Below the pieces are notes generated by a model, which was given only the letters and a program-made list of their open reading frames with translations, was not told where the DNA came from and did no database searches. 64,000 bases of DNA from an uncultured Alphaproteobacteria bacterium (GTDB taxonomy: Bacteria > Pseudomonadota > Alphaproteobacteria > Rhizobiales > Xanthobacteraceae). The translations under genes were made by a program, and so were the position numbers. The stretch is taken from assembly GCA_963746715.1 (NCBI GenBank), contig CAVVCW010000015.1, positions 852,429 to 916,428 on the forward strand, in the 5' to 3' direction. The first letter of the stretch is position 1; every line of letters begins with the position of its first letter. Of this stretch, positions 10,641-19,442 are shown in pieces.

Positions 10641-11261
10641 TCACGAATGGGCAAATATGTCGTCGGCGGCAAAGCCCGCAAGGTCGAGCCGCACCCGCAC
10701 CGGCAGGAAACGGAAACAGGCCTCCGCGAGCTCTTCGCGGCCCTCGCGCGCCAGCATGGCTGAGAGCCTCTCCTTGAGCGCATGGAGATGGGCCACGTCG
10801 GACGCCGCATAGGCGACTTGCGCGTCGCTCAAGGCGGCGGCACCCCAATCCGAGGATTGCTGCTGTTTGGACAGTTCCTGACCGAGCACTTCGCGCACCA
10901 GGTCTTTCAACCCGTGGCGGTCGGTATAGGTGCGGGTCAGGCGCGAGGCGATCTTGGTGCAGAACACCGGTTCCGGCATGACGCCGAAAGTCTTGCACAG
11001 CATGCCGAGATCGAAGCGAGCAAAGTGAAAAATCTTGAGCAGCTTTTTGTCGGCGAGGAGGCGCCTGAGATTGGGCGCGGAATCGGCACCGGCATGCGGC
11101 GCGATCTGCACCACGTCGGCCGAGCCGTCGCCCGGCGAGAGCTGCACCACGCAGAGCCGGTCGCGATTGAGATCGAGACCCATGGTCTCGGTATCGATCG
11201 CAACCGCGCCGCTATAGCGCGAAATGTCCGGCAGGTCGCCGCGATGCAGGCGGATGGTCAT
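10641..11261 (-). CDS. Ribonuclease D-like 3'-5' exonuclease (short form)
   Basis: DEDD exonuclease motifs (AIDTETMGL ... KIFHFARFDL ... AYAASDV). 206 aa. Confidence 0.8.
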   Translation of the reverse strand: MTIRLHRGDLPDISRYSGAVAIDTETMGLDLNRDRLCVVQLSPGDGSADVVQIAPHAGADSAPNLRRLLADKKLLKIFHFARFDLGMLCKTFGVMPEPVFCTKIASRLTRTYTDRHGLKDLVREVLGQELSKQQQSSDWGAAALSDAQVAYAASDVAHLHALKERLSAMLAREGREELAEACFRFLPVRVRLDLAGFAADDIFAHS

Positions 11262-11562
11262 GGCGGTTGATTATCGGCGGTCGGTTATTGGCGTTTGGTT
11301 GTTGGCTATGGGGTCTGGCTATAGCGGGATTCGCTGTGAACCCAAAGGTGCAAAGGTGACTGTAGCAGTTAAAATTGCGTCTCAAATCTAATTGGCTTTG
11401 TCGCACAGTTTTGCAACTGGAAATTTACGATAATTACCGGACAATTGAAACTCGCGGATACCGCAAAAGCGCCTCTCGCTGGCGTGGCCTCGCTCCGGCC
11501 GCGGCCGCTCAATTTTGACCAGCTTACTTAAGTGGCCTTTCATTCGGCGTCGCTACGCTCCG

Positions 11563-11642
11563 CAAGACTTGGAATCTGCAAGATCTGTACGCAGCAAGAC
11601 CTGTACGCAGAAAGACCTGGACGCAGAGCATCTGGAAGCAAG
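11563..11642 (+). repeat. Five tandem 16-bp units (consensus CAAGACCTGTACGCAG) ending 3 nt before the PilZ start codon
   Basis: Units at 11563, 11579, 11595, 11611 and 11627. The middle units are near-identical and the outer ones degenerate. Confidence 0.8.
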
Positions 11643-11645
11643 GCA

Positions 11646-11993
11646 ATGTCCGAGGGACGACAATCGTTTCGCATGGAGCCAAAGGGCCGGGTGCCCCGAA
11701 CCGCAAAATTGCTGGTCGGCTCCGAGCGCGCACCCGTCGATTGCCAAGTCATCAATCTGTCGGCGGGCGGCGCCTGTTTGCAGCTGCATACGATGCTGCA
11801 ATTGCCCAAGCGCTTCGAATTCCTTCACGGCACGACGCACAATGTCTCTCAGCTCGTCTGGCAGCGCGGCTACCTTGTCGGCATTCGCTACGAGGCGACC
11901 GCCGACAAGTCGCTGCGCGGCTATAGACCGAGCGGAGAAGCGGCCAAGCAAAGCTCGCTGTCGCGTCGCCGGGTTTGGAACCAAGACGCCTGA
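11646..11993 (+). CDS. PilZ domain-containing protein
   Basis: RVPRTAKLL ... VINLSAGGACL is an RxxxR ... D/NxSxxG type c-di-GMP-binding signature. Internal ATG at 11646. Confidence 0.7.
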   Translation: MSEGRQSFRMEPKGRVPRTAKLLVGSERAPVDCQVINLSAGGACLQLHTMLQLPKRFEFLHGTTHNVSQLVWQRGYLVGIRYEATADKSLRGYRPSGEAAKQSSLSRRRVWNQDA

Positions 11994-12065
11994 ACGGTTT
12001 GCAGTCCGGGGCGCCGTTTTCAAGATCGCACGTTTGAGGCGCCGGCTTCTTGCAGCCCCGACGAC

Positions 12066-12113
12066 ATACATATGCGTGCATATACCATATGCGTGATATA
12101 CATATGCGTGCGA
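12066..12113. repeat. Three direct copies of CATATGCGTG in an AT-rich spacer
   Basis: Copies at 12070-12079, 12087-12096 and 12102-12111, each preceded by ATA(T)AC. Lies in the intergenic region between the PilZ gene and the DUF6894-like ORF. Confidence 0.75.
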
Positions 12114-12230
12114 ATGCGCCGGCAAACGGCGCGCTTCAGCAAAGCTCGGATTTAGTCTTCGTTTTATCGATTTAGTTAGTCGCCCGATAGTGCGAGCTCG
12201 CTACAAAACCTGCATCGACAATCGCGAGGG

Positions 12231-12500
12231 ATGACAGCGATGCGTTTCTTCTTTGATTTCACCAGCAAGGAAAAAGTCATATTCGACTACCTTGGGCTTG
12301 AATTTAAATCTTCGCACGGCGCGATCGATTTTGCGCAGGAGAAGCTGCAGCTGTTGAAGAACAGCCTCACGCAAGAATGGGTTGGCTGGTCGATCCAGGT
12401 GTGCAGCCCCGAGGGCAGGAAATTGTGCATCTTGCCGATCGACAGCGCCGAGATGACGCTGAGTGAAGCGCACGCCCAACCGGCCTTCGCGTCGCATTGA
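12231..12500 (+). CDS. Small hypothetical protein, DUF6894-like
   Basis: The MRFFFDF ... N-terminus and overall size resemble the DUF6894 family common in Rhizobiales. The start may be ATG 12240. Confidence 0.45.
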   Translation: MTAMRFFFDFTSKEKVIFDYLGLEFKSSHGAIDFAQEKLQLLKNSLTQEWVGWSIQVCSPEGRKLCILPIDSAEMTLSEAHAQPAFASH

Positions 12501-12583
12501 ACGGCCGCGGCGGCAGTCGCGGATAGCCACGGTTTTCCTTATTCAGCGCCGGCTTTAGTGGGGTCTTAAGACTCTCTAAGCCA

Positions 12584-13735
12584 TTGTGTTTTTCTTCAGC
12601 TGACGAGGATGTCGTGAATATTCCGGCCTTTTTGCGGACTGATTCCTTCGGCGCAAAAATAGCGGTCGCCATCGACAGCCGCGCCAAGCCGCGTCATACG
12701 TTGGGCCTGAGCGTTCGCGCGCGCGCGCCGTTGCGGCTCGGCCTTGCCGGTGGCGGCACCGATCTCTCGCCTTATTGCGACATCCATGGCGGCGCGATCC
12801 TGAATGCGACGATCTCGCGCTACGCCTATGCCAATTTGAGCTTTCGCGACGATCAGAAGCTTTGCTTCTCGGCGCATGACGTCAAGCACGAAGACACCGT
12901 GCCGCTCGCCGCTGAACTGCCGCTCGACACCGGCCTCATTCTGCATCGCGCCGTGTATAATCGCATCGTCCGCGATTTTCTCGGCGGCAAGATTCATGCG
13001 CTGACGGTGACTTCGACTGTCGATGCGCCGCCCGGTTCCGGTCTCGGCGCGTCGTCGGCGCTCGTTGTTGCGCTGGTGGAAGCCTATCGGTCCGCGTTCA
13101 GCCTGCCGCTCGGCAGCTACGATGTGGCGCGGCTTGCGTTCGAGATCGAGCGTTTCGACGCCAAGCTTGCCGGCGGCCGGCAGGACCAATACGCCGCGGC
13201 TTTCGGCGGCGTCAATTTCATGGAATTCCTGCCGGGCGACCGCGTGGTGGTGAACCCGTTGCGCATCTCGACGTCCTATCTGTGCGAATTCGAGGCTTCG
13301 ATCATCGTCTGCTTCACAGGGAAATCGCGGGCTTCCGCGATCATCCAAGATCAGGTCAGGGCGGCGACCGAGAACGATCAGGGCGCCGTCGAAGCGCTTC
13401 ATCAATTGAAGGCGGACGCGCTGGAGATGAAGCAGGCGCTGCTTGGCGGCAACATCCATCGCGTCGCGCAGGTGCTCAGCCGGTCCTGGGAGGCCAAGCG
13501 CCGGACTTCGAAGGCGGTCTCCAACTCGCACGTCGAAGAGATATTCGAGCTCGGTCTCAAGAACGGCGCGGTCGCCGGCAAGGTGTCCGGTGCCGGCGGC
13601 GGCGGCTTTCTGATGTTCATGACCCAGCCGGAGCACCGCTATCGCCTGGTCACTGCCTTGAATGAGGCCGGTTCCATGGCGATGCCGGTTCAATTCACCG
13701 AAAACGGCGCCGAGTCCTGGGTCGTCAGCCGCTGA
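12584..13735 (+). CDS. hddA: GHMP kinase, D-glycero-alpha-D-manno-heptose 7-phosphate kinase (HddA-like)
   Basis: RAPLRLGLAGGGTD N-terminal motif and GHMP motif II PPGSGLGASSALVVALV. The start is ambiguous: TTG 12584, GTG 12614 with a GAGGA SD, or TTG 12701. Confidence 0.8.
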   Translation: MCFSSADEDVVNIPAFLRTDSFGAKIAVAIDSRAKPRHTLGLSVRARAPLRLGLAGGGTDLSPYCDIHGGAILNATISRYAYANLSFRDDQKLCFSAHDVKHEDTVPLAAELPLDTGLILHRAVYNRIVRDFLGGKIHALTVTSTVDAPPGSGLGASSALVVALVEAYRSAFSLPLGSYDVARLAFEIERFDAKLAGGRQDQYAAAFGGVNFMEFLPGDRVVVNPLRISTSYLCEFEASIIVCFTGKSRASAIIQDQVRAATENDQGAVEALHQLKADALEMKQALLGGNIHRVAQVLSRSWEAKRRTSKAVSNSHVEEIFELGLKNGAVAGKVSGAGGGGFLMFMTQPEHRYRLVTALNEAGSMAMPVQFTENGAESWVVSR

Positions 13736-14948
13736 CGGCTGTCCGCGCGAGCAGCGTCGACACGAATTGCGCCAGATCGCCGCCGTTGAACCGATACGAC
13801 GAAATTCCGGCTGCGATGCCCGCCGCGCAATCTGACTCCTTGTCGCCGATCAGCAGGCTTTTGGCGCGGTCCACCGGCCACGTCTTCAACAGATCGAGAA
13901 TCATGCCGGGCGCTGGCTTGCGCCAATCGGTGACCTTGCGATAGCGCGGGTCGGCGGCTTCCTCATGGTACGGGCAATAACGCAGGTCATCGACATGCGC
14001 GCCCGATTGCGACAGTTCGCGATCGATCTGCGCATGCAATTGATGAATGTCGTTCTCGGTATAAAGGCCGCGGGCGACGCCCGCTTGATTGGTGACGATG
14101 AAGACGAAGAAGCCTTTTTCGTTGAAGGCCCGGATGGCCTTCTGCGCTCCGTCGATCCAGCGAAATCGTTCTCGCGTGCCGACATAGCCGTCGTCGTAAT
14201 TGAGAACCCCGTCGCGATCGAGGAACGCCGCGGGACGTTGCTGTTGCCGGGGTATTTCACTTTGCGCCCGGGAGAAGGCTTCGGGCACGCCGATATCGAT
14301 GAAATAGCCGTCGGCCGGCATGGCACGGAGTTTCCTCTCGGCCACAAGCCGCGGCAAAACGTGCTCTTCCAAGGAACACTTGGGCTGCAGCAGATCGACG
14401 AGATCCGATCGCCACGCATAGACGCCGCCGCTGACAAAGCCGCTCTGGTTCTGACCCGGACGGGCGGCGAAGTCGGTGATGGTCTGATCGGCGGCGAGCG
14501 TGACCACGCCATAGCGCGATGTATCGGCAAGGTGCCGCACCGCCAGCGCCCCGACCGTCGCAGGGCTGGCGGCAAGAATGCCGGCAAGTCCCAGGAGATT
14601 TATATCGAACCAGGAATCGCCATTGAGCAGATAGAATTGCTCGTTCAAGCGGTCACGCGCGTGCCACAGCGCGCCACCGGTTCCCGCGCGCTCAGGTTCG
14701 ATTGCGACCTCGATATCGAGACCGAAACGCTCCTTGACCGGCGTCGACGCGGCATAGGCGATGATTTGTTCGGCTTCGAACGCGGCGAGCAACAAAATAT
14801 TCCTGACGCCATGGCGGCCGAGCTCGAACAGCAGCACGTCGAGGAAAGGCCGATCGCCGACTTTAAGCAGCGGCTTCGGCGTTCTGGCGGTCAGCGATCC
14901 AAGCCGGCTGCCGAGACCGCCGCACAGAATAGCCGCCTGCGTAATCAT
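13725..14948 (-). CDS. Fusion protein: sugar-1-phosphate nucleotidyltransferase (HddC-like) plus D,D-heptose 1,7-bisphosphate phosphatase (GmhB)
   Basis: The N-terminal half has ILCGGLGSRLGSLTARTPKPLL (an NTP-transferase G-loop). The C-terminal half has FLDRDGVLN ... VTNQAGVARG ... RKPAPGM ... IGDKESD (HAD GmhB motifs I-IV). ATG at 14948 overlaps the gmhA stop (ATGA). Confidence 0.85.
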   Translation of the reverse strand: MITQAAILCGGLGSRLGSLTARTPKPLLKVGDRPFLDVLLFELGRHGVRNILLLAAFEAEQIIAYAASTPVKERFGLDIEVAIEPERAGTGGALWHARDRLNEQFYLLNGDSWFDINLLGLAGILAASPATVGALAVRHLADTSRYGVVTLAADQTITDFAARPGQNQSGFVSGGVYAWRSDLVDLLQPKCSLEEHVLPRLVAERKLRAMPADGYFIDIGVPEAFSRAQSEIPRQQQRPAAFLDRDGVLNYDDGYVGTRERFRWIDGAQKAIRAFNEKGFFVFIVTNQAGVARGLYTENDIHQLHAQIDRELSQSGAHVDDLRYCPYHEEAADPRYRKVTDWRKPAPGMILDLLKTWPVDRAKSLLIGDKESDCAAGIAAGISSYRFNGGDLAQFVSTLLARTAVSG

Positions 14949-15562
14949 CCGTGCGCGGCGGCTTTTGCCGTCGTGCTGGTGACGCGCGGAAACAGACGCG
15001 CTTCGACAAGGCCGCAGATGATGTGCGCCGCGGTGATATGGATCTGCTGAATGAGCGGCGTCGAGTCGGACGGCGCGCGCAGGCAAATGTCGCAGCTCGC
15101 CTTCATTTCGCCGCCGGCGCTTCCGGTAAAGCCGACCACAACGAGCTGTTTCTCTTTGGCGGCGGCGATGGCGCGCAGAATGTTGGGCGACCGGCCGGAG
15201 GTGGAAATCGCGATAAAGACGTCGCCCGCGGCGCCGAGGCCGAGGATCTGACGTTCGAAAACCTTGTCGTAGCCGTAATCGTTGCCGATCGCCGTGAGCA
15301 CGGACGTATCGGTTGTCAACGCGATGGCCGCGGTCGGTGGACGATCGTAGTTCAAGCGCGACAGAAACTCGCCGGCGATATGTTGCGCGTCGGCTGCGCT
15401 GCCGCCGTTTCCGGCCAACAGAAGCTTACGCCCCTGCGCAAGCGCGTCGCTGATACGATCGACGATCTTTAGCGTGACTTTGGTGAATTCCGGGTCGTCC
15501 ATCGCCTTTTGAACGACGTCGCGGGATTGCGCGAGATAGGCGTGAACTTGATCCATGGCCAT
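14945..15562 (-). CDS. gmhA: Phosphoheptose isomerase GmhA (SIS domain)
   Basis: LLLAGNGGSAADAQHIAGEF ... FIAISTSGRSPNIL are SIS/GmhA motifs. Internal ATG at 15562. Confidence 0.85.
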   Translation of the reverse strand: MAMDQVHAYLAQSRDVVQKAMDDPEFTKVTLKIVDRISDALAQGRKLLLAGNGGSAADAQHIAGEFLSRLNYDRPPTAAIALTTDTSVLTAIGNDYGYDKVFERQILGLGAAGDVFIAISTSGRSPNILRAIAAAKEKQLVVVGFTGSAGGEMKASCDICLRAPSDSTPLIQQIHITAAHIICGLVEARLFPRVTSTTAKAAAHG

Positions 15563-15720
15563 AGTCTCAAACCCAGTTGCCTTAAACCTGACTGTCTGGA
15601 ACCTAATTGTGTCGCAGCTCAATTCCGCGAACGTCGCTGCGCTCTACTTATGGACCGCAATTTTTATTTTCAATCAGTGTATAGCTGATTAACACGACGA
15701 TTGCGCTTTATGGTGCTTGA

Positions 15721-16797
15721 TCAGACCGGTACGTGCGAAAGCCCAACCCGCTGCGCCTTATAGCCTTTGTCGAGAATGTTCTGCCACCACGGTCGGTTTT
15801 CCAGATACCACGCCACGGTTTTCGCCAGTCCGGTTTCGAATGTCTCTGCCGCGCGCCAGCCCAGTTCGCGCTCGATCTTCGCCGCGTCGATACCGTAGCG
15901 CCGGTCGTGCCCGGGACGATCTTTGACAAAAGAAATCATTTGATGGCGCGGGCCGCGATCCGACGGCGCCGCCCGGTCAAGCAGCGCACAGATCGTCTCG
16001 ACCACCTGCAGATTGGTGCGCTCGTTGCGCCCGCCGACATTATAGGTTTCGCCGACGCGGCCGTGTTCCAGAACGGCGACGAGAGCCGTGACGTGGTCTT
16101 CCACGTAAAGCCAGTCGCGGATGTTCCTGCCGTCGCCGTAGACCGGCAGCGGCTCGTGCGCGAGACCTTTGATGATCATGTGGGGAATGAGCTTTTCCGG
16201 AAATTGATAGGGACCGTAATTGTTCGAGCAATTGGTCACCAGACACGGCAAGCCGTAGGTTTCATGCCACGCGCGCACCAAATGATCGGATGAGGCCTTC
16301 GATGCCGAATAGGGCGAACTCGGCGCATAGGCGGTATCCTCGCTGAACAGCCCGGTGGCGCCAAGCGAGCCGAAGACTTCGTCGGTGGAGATATGATGGA
16401 AACGGAATTCGCCCTGCGCTGTCCGCTCGGGGCTGTGCCAGTGACGCAAAGCCTCCTGCAATAATGTGAAAGTGCCGGCCACGTTGGTATGGATGAAGTC
16501 GGCCGGGCCATCGATCGAGCGATCGACATGACTCTCGGCCGCGAGGTTCATCACATAGCGCGGCTGGTATTGCTCGAACAGTTTTCGCAAGGCCGGCGCA
16601 TCGCAAATGTCGGCGTGGGCGAAACGATAGCGTGCATGGCCTTGCGCCTGCGGAATTGAATCGAGGCATGCGGCATAAGTGAGCTTGTCGATATTGACGA
16701 CAAACGCCGCCGTATGGTCGAGCAGATGCCGCACGACCGCCGAGCCGATGAACCCGGCGCCGCCGGTTATGAAAATGGTCTGGTTGGCAAGGCTCAT
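15721..16797 (-). CDS. rfbB: dTDP-glucose 4,6-dehydratase
   Basis: TGGAGFIGS Rossmann motif, the catalytic YSASK motif, and strong RfbB-like sequence throughout. Start is ATG 16797 or ATG 16821. Confidence 0.9.
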   Translation of the reverse strand: MSLANQTIFITGGAGFIGSAVVRHLLDHTAAFVVNIDKLTYAACLDSIPQAQGHARYRFAHADICDAPALRKLFEQYQPRYVMNLAAESHVDRSIDGPADFIHTNVAGTFTLLQEALRHWHSPERTAQGEFRFHHISTDEVFGSLGATGLFSEDTAYAPSSPYSASKASSDHLVRAWHETYGLPCLVTNCSNNYGPYQFPEKLIPHMIIKGLAHEPLPVYGDGRNIRDWLYVEDHVTALVAVLEHGRVGETYNVGGRNERTNLQVVETICALLDRAAPSDRGPRHQMISFVKDRPGHDRRYGIDAAKIERELGWRAAETFETGLAKTVAWYLENRPWWQNILDKGYKAQRVGLSHVPV

Positions 16798-16827
16798 TTG
16801 CGCGGAGTCTCGGCTCGTCATCTCGGC

Positions 16828-17721
16828 TCAGTTTTTCGCGACGCCTGAATCCATGAAGGATTGATATATCCCCAGAAGGTATTCGCCGTAACTGCTCTTG
16901 GCGCAGCGCTCCGCAAGCGTCTTGAAATGGTCGAGCGGGATATAGCCCAGCCGCAGGGCGATCTCCTCCGGGCAAGCGACCCGTAGCCCTTGGCGCTGTT
17001 CAAGGATTTGAATGAAGTGGCTGGCTTCGACAAGCGAACTGTGAGTGCCGGTATCGAGCCAGGCAAAGCCGCGGCCGAGAACCTCGACGAACAAATCGCC
17101 GCGCTGCAAATAAGCGCGATTGATGTCGGTGATTTCCAGCTCGCCGCGTGACGAAGGCTTCAAGCCTGCGGCGATTCGGATCACATCATTGTCGTAGAAA
17201 TAAAGCCCGGTGACGGCGACATTCGACTTCGGCTTGGCCGGTTTTTCCTCGATCGACAGCACCCGCCCGCTGTCGTCGAGCTCGACGACGCCGAATTGCT
17301 CGGGTGTTTTGACCATATAGCCGAAAACGGTGGCGCCGGTCGTTCGCGCGTTCGCCCGCTCCAGCAAGTCCGGCAGTCCGTGACCGTAGAATATGTTGTC
17401 ACCAAGAATGAGAGCGACGCGATCGTTGCCGATAAAATCGGCGCCGAGAATAAAAGCGTCGGCCAGGCCGCGCGGATAATCCTGGCTGGCATAGCAGATG
17501 CGCAGACCGAAATCGGAGCCGTCGCTCAGCAGGCGCTCGAACAGCGGCTTATCTTGCGGGGTCGTGACGATGAGGATCTCGCGAATGCCGGCGAACATCA
17601 GCACCGACAGCGGATAGTAGATCATCGGCTTGTCGAACACCGGCAGCAATTGCTTGGAGACGACGGACGTCACCGGATAGAGCCGGGTTCCCGTGCCGCC
17701 GGCCAAAATGATGCCTTTCAT
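16828..17721 (-). CDS. rfbA: Glucose-1-phosphate thymidylyltransferase
   Basis: [18 protein letters not shown] ... [17 protein letters not shown] is a canonical RmlA N-terminus. Confidence 0.92.
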   Translation of the reverse strand: MKGIILAGGTGTRLYPVTSVVSKQLLPVFDKPMIYYPLSVLMFAGIREILIVTTPQDKPLFERLLSDGSDFGLRICYASQDYPRGLADAFILGADFIGNDRVALILGDNIFYGHGLPDLLERANARTTGATVFGYMVKTPEQFGVVELDDSGRVLSIEEKPAKPKSNVAVTGLYFYDNDVIRIAAGLKPSSRGELEITDINRAYLQRGDLFVEVLGRGFAWLDTGTHSSLVEASHFIQILEQRQGLRVACPEEIALRLGYIPLDHFKTLAERCAKSSYGEYLLGIYQSFMDSGVAKN

Positions 17722-17972
17722 GAAGCCCTCAAAACGCCTAACGACTTGTGCTCTATCAGGTATTTCCTACCTTGTTTAAATCAGCTCCACCGCGACGTAA
17801 ACGCACTTGCCGTCTCGCGCCATATCTCGGGCTCGTTAAGGATGAACCGGCGGCAGGATTGGCGGCGCCGGCAACGCAATTTGCTGCGGGAGAAGGGCGA
17901 TACTATAGGAAACGACGCCCGGATTCCGCGGCCGAGGCTTTTCGCCTTGCCAGGGCGTCAGAGACATTCCGC

Positions 17973-18479
17973 ATGATTTCGCAGAAGGCACGCTACGCGT
18001 TTAAGGCTCTGATCGCGCTGTCGGGGATGCCGGCGCAAGAGTGCCGGCAGGCGCGCGACATCGCCGAGAGCGAACGGATCCCGCAGAGTTTCCTCGAGCA
18101 AATCCTGCTCGAATTGCGTCGCGCCGGCCTGGTGGCGAGCCGCCGCGGGCGCGACGGCGGACATTATTTGCTGAAAGATCCTGCCGCTATCAGCTTCGGC
18201 GAGGTCCTGCGCCTGATCGACGGACCGGTCGCGCCGCTGCCCTGCCTGTCGCGGACCGCATATCGCCGTTGCAGCGATTGCAAGGACGAAAAGGCCTGCG
18301 TCATGCGCCGCGGCTTCGGCCGCGCCTATGATGCGCAGCTGCAAGTGTTGGAACAAACCTCGATCGCCGACGCCTGTGCTGACGAAAACCGACCACGGCG
18401 CGCCTTAAGCGCAACATTTTCCGTTCGTCGGCGCCGGCCGGTGCAGAAAATCAGACCCCGGCGCAAAGCCCGCAAATAA
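17973..18479 (+). CDS. Rrf2 family transcriptional regulator with a Cys cluster
   Basis: MISQKARYAFKALIAL ... SFLEQILLELRRAGLV is an Rrf2 wHTH. The C-terminal cysteines (PCLSRTAYRRCSDCKDEKAC) are possible Fe-S ligands. Confidence 0.85.
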   Translation: MISQKARYAFKALIALSGMPAQECRQARDIAESERIPQSFLEQILLELRRAGLVASRRGRDGGHYLLKDPAAISFGEVLRLIDGPVAPLPCLSRTAYRRCSDCKDEKACVMRRGFGRAYDAQLQVLEQTSIADACADENRPRRALSATFSVRRRRPVQKIRPRRKARK

Positions 18480-18586
18480 TACTTGATAAGATTGGTCAAG
18501 TTAATAAGCTGGTGTCCGATGGTCGGCGCCTGCGAAAGACAATTCATTTTTCGCCGCCGTGACGTAATATGGGGTGGCGTGGTGTC

Positions 18587-19375
18587 ATGAATCTGGTCGC
18601 TGGTATCGATCCGCTCTATGTGTTGTCTGGTTTCTGCGTCGGCGTCCTCGTCGGCATGACCGGCGTCGGTGGCGGTTCCTTGATGACGCCGCTGCTCATC
18701 CTTTTGTTCGGCATCCATCCCACCACCGCGGTCGGCACCGATCTTCTGTTTGCTGCCTCGACCAAGACGCTCGGCACCCTGGTTCATGGTGCGTCGCGAA
18801 CCGTCGATTGGGCGCTTGTCGGTCTTCTTGCCATCGGCAGCGTGCCTGCGACGATTGCCACCTTGATCGTGCTGTCGCGACTGGATATGCGCGGTGCCAC
18901 GGCGCAGCACATGGTCGCGCTCACGCTCGGCGTCGTCCTTTTTGTTACGGCAATCTTTCTCTTGGCCGGCCGCGTCGTTCGCGAGCGCTACGCCGAGAGG
19001 CTGGGCAACCTCGATGCCAGAAGCATTCGTCTCGTCACGATCGCGCTCGGCGTCGTCATGGGCATCCTGGTCACGGCGACGTCGGTCGGCGCCGGCGCCA
19101 TCGGCGTGACCGTGCTGTTACTGCTGCATCCCAAAATGCCGGTGGCGCGCATTGTCGGTTCCGACATCGCGCATGCGGTGCCGTTGACACTGCTCGCCGG
19201 CATCGGTCACTGGTTTCTCGGCTCGATCGACTGGAGCCTGCTCACCACGTTATTGATCGGCTCGTTGCCTGGGATCGTGATCGGCAGCTATCTGGCGGGC
19301 CGCGCCGGCGACGCGGTGGTGCGCGTCACGCTCGCCGTCGTGCTCGTCATCGTCGGCGTCAGATTGATGGGCTAG
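18587..19375 (+). CDS. Sulfite exporter TauE/SafE family membrane protein
   Basis: Polytopic protein with GVGGGSLMTPLL and a repeated second half, typical of DUF81/TauE. The start may instead be 18569. Confidence 0.8.
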   Translation: MNLVAGIDPLYVLSGFCVGVLVGMTGVGGGSLMTPLLILLFGIHPTTAVGTDLLFAASTKTLGTLVHGASRTVDWALVGLLAIGSVPATIATLIVLSRLDMRGATAQHMVALTLGVVLFVTAIFLLAGRVVRERYAERLGNLDARSIRLVTIALGVVMGILVTATSVGAGAIGVTVLLLLHPKMPVARIVGSDIAHAVPLTLLAGIGHWFLGSIDWSLLTTLLIGSLPGIVIGSYLAGRAGDAVVRVTLAVVLVIVGVRLMG

Positions 19376-19424
19376 CGCATGACCTCGAAAAGTGGGGACC
19401 GGTTTTCGGAAAAGATCATGCTCA
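19376..19424. repeat. GATC-flanked palindromic repeat, copy 2 (inverted relative to copy 1)
   Basis: GCGCATGACCTCGAAAAGTGGGGACCGGTTTTCGGAAAAGATCATGCTC. Lies between a convergent gene pair (tauE-like / cysNC). Confidence 0.7.
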
Positions 19425-19442
19425 AATAGAGCAAGATTCCGC

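Noticed and set aside
11390-11420. Sigma-54 (-24/-12) promoter near TGGCTTTGTCGCACAGTTTTGCA upstream of the PilZ gene.
   Set aside because: The GG and GC elements are not separated by the required spacing (GG-N10-GC), so the motif does not fit.
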